From the NCBI RefSeq assembly GCF_021869535.1, contig NW_026262581.1:103230001-103294000 (forward strand): a stretch of DNA of 64,000 bases, written 5' to 3'. A program made the translations under genes and the position numbers. A model generated the notes under the pieces. The model searched no databases, had not been told where the DNA came from, and saw only the letters and a list, made by a program, of their open reading frames with translations. Below are positions 60,421 to 64,000 of this stretch, piece after piece; the stretch's first letter is position 1, and each line of letters begins with the position of its first letter. Source of the stretch: Mytilus californianus. Lineage: Eukaryota.

Positions 60421-62970
60421 AAAAAATTAAACGTGTTGAATTGACCAGTAAACTAATTCAAATGACAAGGGAAAATGAAATTTGCCAGAAGTGAACAGAT
60501 ATTACTATCAACCAATCAGAGGAGATTAAAATACGAACGATAAATTATGCATACAAACAGGTAACGAGTTATGTCGAAAGTATCCGAGATGGAATTAAGC
60601 ATTTTTAATTGATTAAAAATTTACCAATAAATAACTCTCAATAACATATATACTATATGTTTGAACAAGTAATTTAAATGAAGATAATTTGATAACATTC
60701 AACATTCAATTTTGCATGTATAACTCCATCTTTCAAAACTACTTGTTTATTTTGGTATAAGTTATAAAACATTGAAATTTCTGATGATTATTTTCCATAC
60801 CAAATGTACAAGTTTGTTTAGATTAACATCAAAATGATATGCTTTGCTTCATGGTATGATAATTTGATGAAAAAAAATTCTTACTGGAACCAACATCAAG
60901 AACACATTAATTTCTGAATATGGTTTAAATACAACTAATGTTCTCCAGCTGAGCCTAGCAATATTCAAGGTAATTTATACACTGTCCAACATTGCCCTTA
61001 AAATCTGGGTTATGACGCTAAAGTGCCCTTTCAGACAACTAGCACCCTTCTGCCCTGAGATTCAAGCTGGAACACTGATTATAATAATCTTCTTCTTCTT
61101 CCAAGTAAGGAACCGTATTCATACTGAATGTGTATGGTCCCGCGGTATAATGGAAGCATATAAAAGATAACTCTGTAAATAGTATCAACAATTTTTGGCA
61201 TTTAAGTAAGAAGAGGTAGCCCCGTATTTTTTAACTTGTCCACTTGGTAACGGGGTTTTTTATCAAGATAACAAGGGAACATCACGTCCATATCTATATC
61301 ATTATAATCAATATTCTGTGTTTTATAGAAAAAAGCACAGTTTTTATGATGTCAAAGTATCCGTGGTATTAAAAAATGCCACAAAGTTTGAATATGTCCA
61401 CTACATAACGGTCAACTACGTAACAATTGACATAATTTTGTTATGTAGTGGACATTTTTGTTATGTAGGTGACAAAAAGAAAAGTAAAAATTGTACGTTG
61501 AACACTGTAATAACTGAAGTAATTAGATTGAAAGTAATTCTATATTACAATATTTAACATGTTTAAGGAAAAGGTCATCATTTATTAGTACCAAACATTG
61601 AGATATCAAAATAATTGCTTTCGTTATGTAGTTGACAAATTCCGTAATTTTTGTCAAATTTTGCATTTAAAATTATCTTCCAGTTTCATTAAGACTGCAT
61701 ATTTTAGATTTTGCTCATATAAATTACTAAGAGTTCATTAGAATATTTAAAATTGAATTAAATTGATGAAAATATTTTCTCAATTTCTATCTAAAATATG
61801 AACGGATTTTGAAAACGACCCATATGTGTATATATGTCTCTGTTACCAGGAACCTTTGTGATGGACAAATAGTGATAAGATGTATGTAGTTCACACGCTA
61901 GAATATACAATCATTGTTAATAGTGAACACCTGTTGAAAACTCAACAATCTTTTTAAATCATCAACTTGAATTTTGTCTTAATTACTTTAAATCTTATTA
62001 AATCTCATTAAAGCAACAATATATATATCATATACGGTATAAATATCGCTGATGCCATACACATACATTTGTGTTCCCCCCTAAAAATTATTCATGTTTA
62101 TTAATGTTTCAGCTACATTTTTGTCTTGTATGAATTAATTATTCTAGTTCATTGTATATTACATAATATGTCTGTATTTGCTGGACAAGTATTTTGCATG
62201 CATTTTTATCTGTATTTCTTAATGTTTAAATTTGTGACAATTAGTTGTTTAAGCTCTGTAATTATTTTCTCCAAAGGCAATGATGTAGACAAAAAGAGTT
62301 TAAAAAGATATAAGATTAACATATAATGATCCAAAATGCCTGAAAAATTGATTTAAAATATGTAATTGTAATAATGCAAATCAGTAAGAACGACTGCTGA
62401 AAATCATTAAAATTCCACCATTATATATAACGGGGAAACATGTTATTTGCTGTAATACATATAATAGATATAAGTACTAGCTGAATCCATCTTTCAAAAT
62501 GTGGGTTGCTTTATTATTATATTTATGACACTACTATTGTATTAGTTCTATGCAATACTAAAGAACCTTCTTTGTTGCAATTAACAGAAAAAATTGGCGT
62601 GCAGTACTATGAAAAGAAACAACAAATTTAAACTTTCTATAACATAAAAAATCAACTGTGATATTTTTTTCTTTTTACTATAAATTTAATTGTTTTAATA
62701 AAAAATACATTCCAGGACAATATTTCATTATGAAAAAGTGTCCTTCTCTATGAAACTTTCTTTAATTTGTTAGGATAATATTTTACAATACAGTTAAAAT
62801 ATTTTCCTAAACATATGATGTCCTCCCAGAGGACTCCTCTGCCATGAAATTGTATGTGTTCTGGAATCTTTGAAATATTTTTCATGAAAGGGTGTGTACA
62901 ACCGTAAAATGCTAAATAAAAAATTCTTAAATGCAATAAACAAGTATGCACATTTTAAAATTTATAACTG

Positions 62971-63367
62971 TTAGTATTATCTATAGTACATATGCCTGTA
63001 AAGAAACAACACAAACACAAATATCAAATTTCCGACAGACCGCCGTATTTGATGAACTCTAGATGTAGTATCATAATGACAAATACAATATTGTTTATAA
63101 CAGCAAATAACAAACATGTTGTTATTCTATTCTTTGCTTCTATACATTTTAATACAAAATTCTATCTCTTTAATGAACACAAACATTTTTTCGAAAATAT
63201 TGAAGTTTTATGTCATGCCTGTACGAACAGTGGCTAGAAAGTGACAAACAAATCAAACATGCCTACATATACGCATTTAAATCAACCGCTCTGATTGGAC
63301 CATACACATATTACCCATATACAATATTTCCCTGCATTACTTTCGAACCAACCGCGGGAAAATATTA
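62971..63367 (-). mobile_element. Solo A-spacer-B relic of the PAT/DIRS family (no coding region)
   Basis: Diverged matches to B (TTAGTATTATCTATA..CATATGCCT..GACAG.CCGCCGTATTTGA), to the spacer, and to A (GTCATGC..GTACGAAC..GGCTAGAAAGTGACAAACAAATCAAACAT..AACCGCG.GAAAATATTA). Confidence 0.85.
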
Positions 63368-63664
63368 ATAATTGTGTAAATTAATATATTTTATGTATTG
63401 ATAATTTAATTTTGGATGTAACACGTCTTCTGATTGGCTGAGAGTTTTTTGTCTTTCAGCTCCTAGACATAATTTTGTCATGTGACCGTGATGTCATCAA
63501 CGTTTTTTTCATGATTTACTCCTTAAAAATGGAATATAGAATTAAATTATAAGAATGACTAATATTTTTTCCGTCTATTTGAAATAACCTAAAAAATGTG
63601 GTGCACCACATTGTTGATGTAATTTCTTCATAGACAGAAAAAATATTACAGTTATTCCTTAAAT
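63368..63664. repeat. Dispersed hairpin-containing repeat; related copy nested at ~8630-8830
   Basis: AAAAAATGTGGTGCACCACATT and TTCTTCATAGACAGAAAAAATATTACAGT are shared with 8755-8820. Confidence 0.6.
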
Positions 63665-64000
63665 CAAATATATATATAACATAAAATAATTTCAAATTGG
63701 CATTTATAATGGATGAATAGATTAAAGATTTGTCCTAAAGTCATTTATATTAACTTTACTAAATTATACTGTTTTATAGTGTTCTCCTCAGAATCTTTTT
63801 TATATCACCCTGATGAATAGGAAATTATGAAATACCATCTTGTTTCTAGAAACTATAGCATCATATCCAAAATACTATCTATAAGAAACTAATTTCGATA
63901 GCATCACAATCTAGCAATATAGCATCACATTACCATGATGCTAAAAGGCTTTGGGGGGAACAGTATGTTTAAATATAATTCAAGTACCGACAATCCCTAA

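Larger units (their letters stand above)
58063..60628 (-). mobile_element. Ngaro-type YR retrotransposon, internally deleted (no gag, RT or RNase H)
   Basis: A1 60424-60628 matches A2 58381-58585; B1 58583-58755 matches B2 58063-58235. ATT core at both ends and at the B1/A2 junction. YR followed by an SGNH hydrolase. Confidence 0.93.

Overview
AT-rich, intron-rich animal genomic DNA. The repeat families suggest a bivalve, probably Mytilus-like (inference). I reconstructed three spliced host genes exon by exon with consistent intron phases: NEK8 (minus strand, ATG 14869, 3' end runs off the left edge), a divergent myosin regulatory light chain (plus strand, 17825-20015, 196 aa, head-to-head with NEK8), and a TMC1/2/3-subfamily channel (minus strand, 19 exons between 45383 and 22144, both ends uncertain). 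The rest is dense with mobile DNA: a near-complete PAT/DIRS tyrosine-recombinase (YR) retrotransposon with split direct repeats (45992-50645), an internally deleted Ngaro-type element keeping YR and SGNH hydrolase (58063-60628), a solo-repeat relic (62971-63367), Penelope-like RT fragments and hammerhead-bearing derivatives, tRNA-derived SINEs, Helentron-like elements and MITEs. The most unusual observations are: a TMC intron whose homology-defined ends read AT...AA with otherwise U2-type signals; a 12-copy 62-bp minisatellite built from a NEK8 exon end plus its splice donor; a ~2.95-kb fold-back centred on a piggyBac-like MITE; a TGT-ended, 4-bp-TSD transposon encoding a small HTH plus Tudor/SH3-like protein with no DDE core; and a U12-type intron in NEK8. 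No database searches were run; family names come from recognised motifs.
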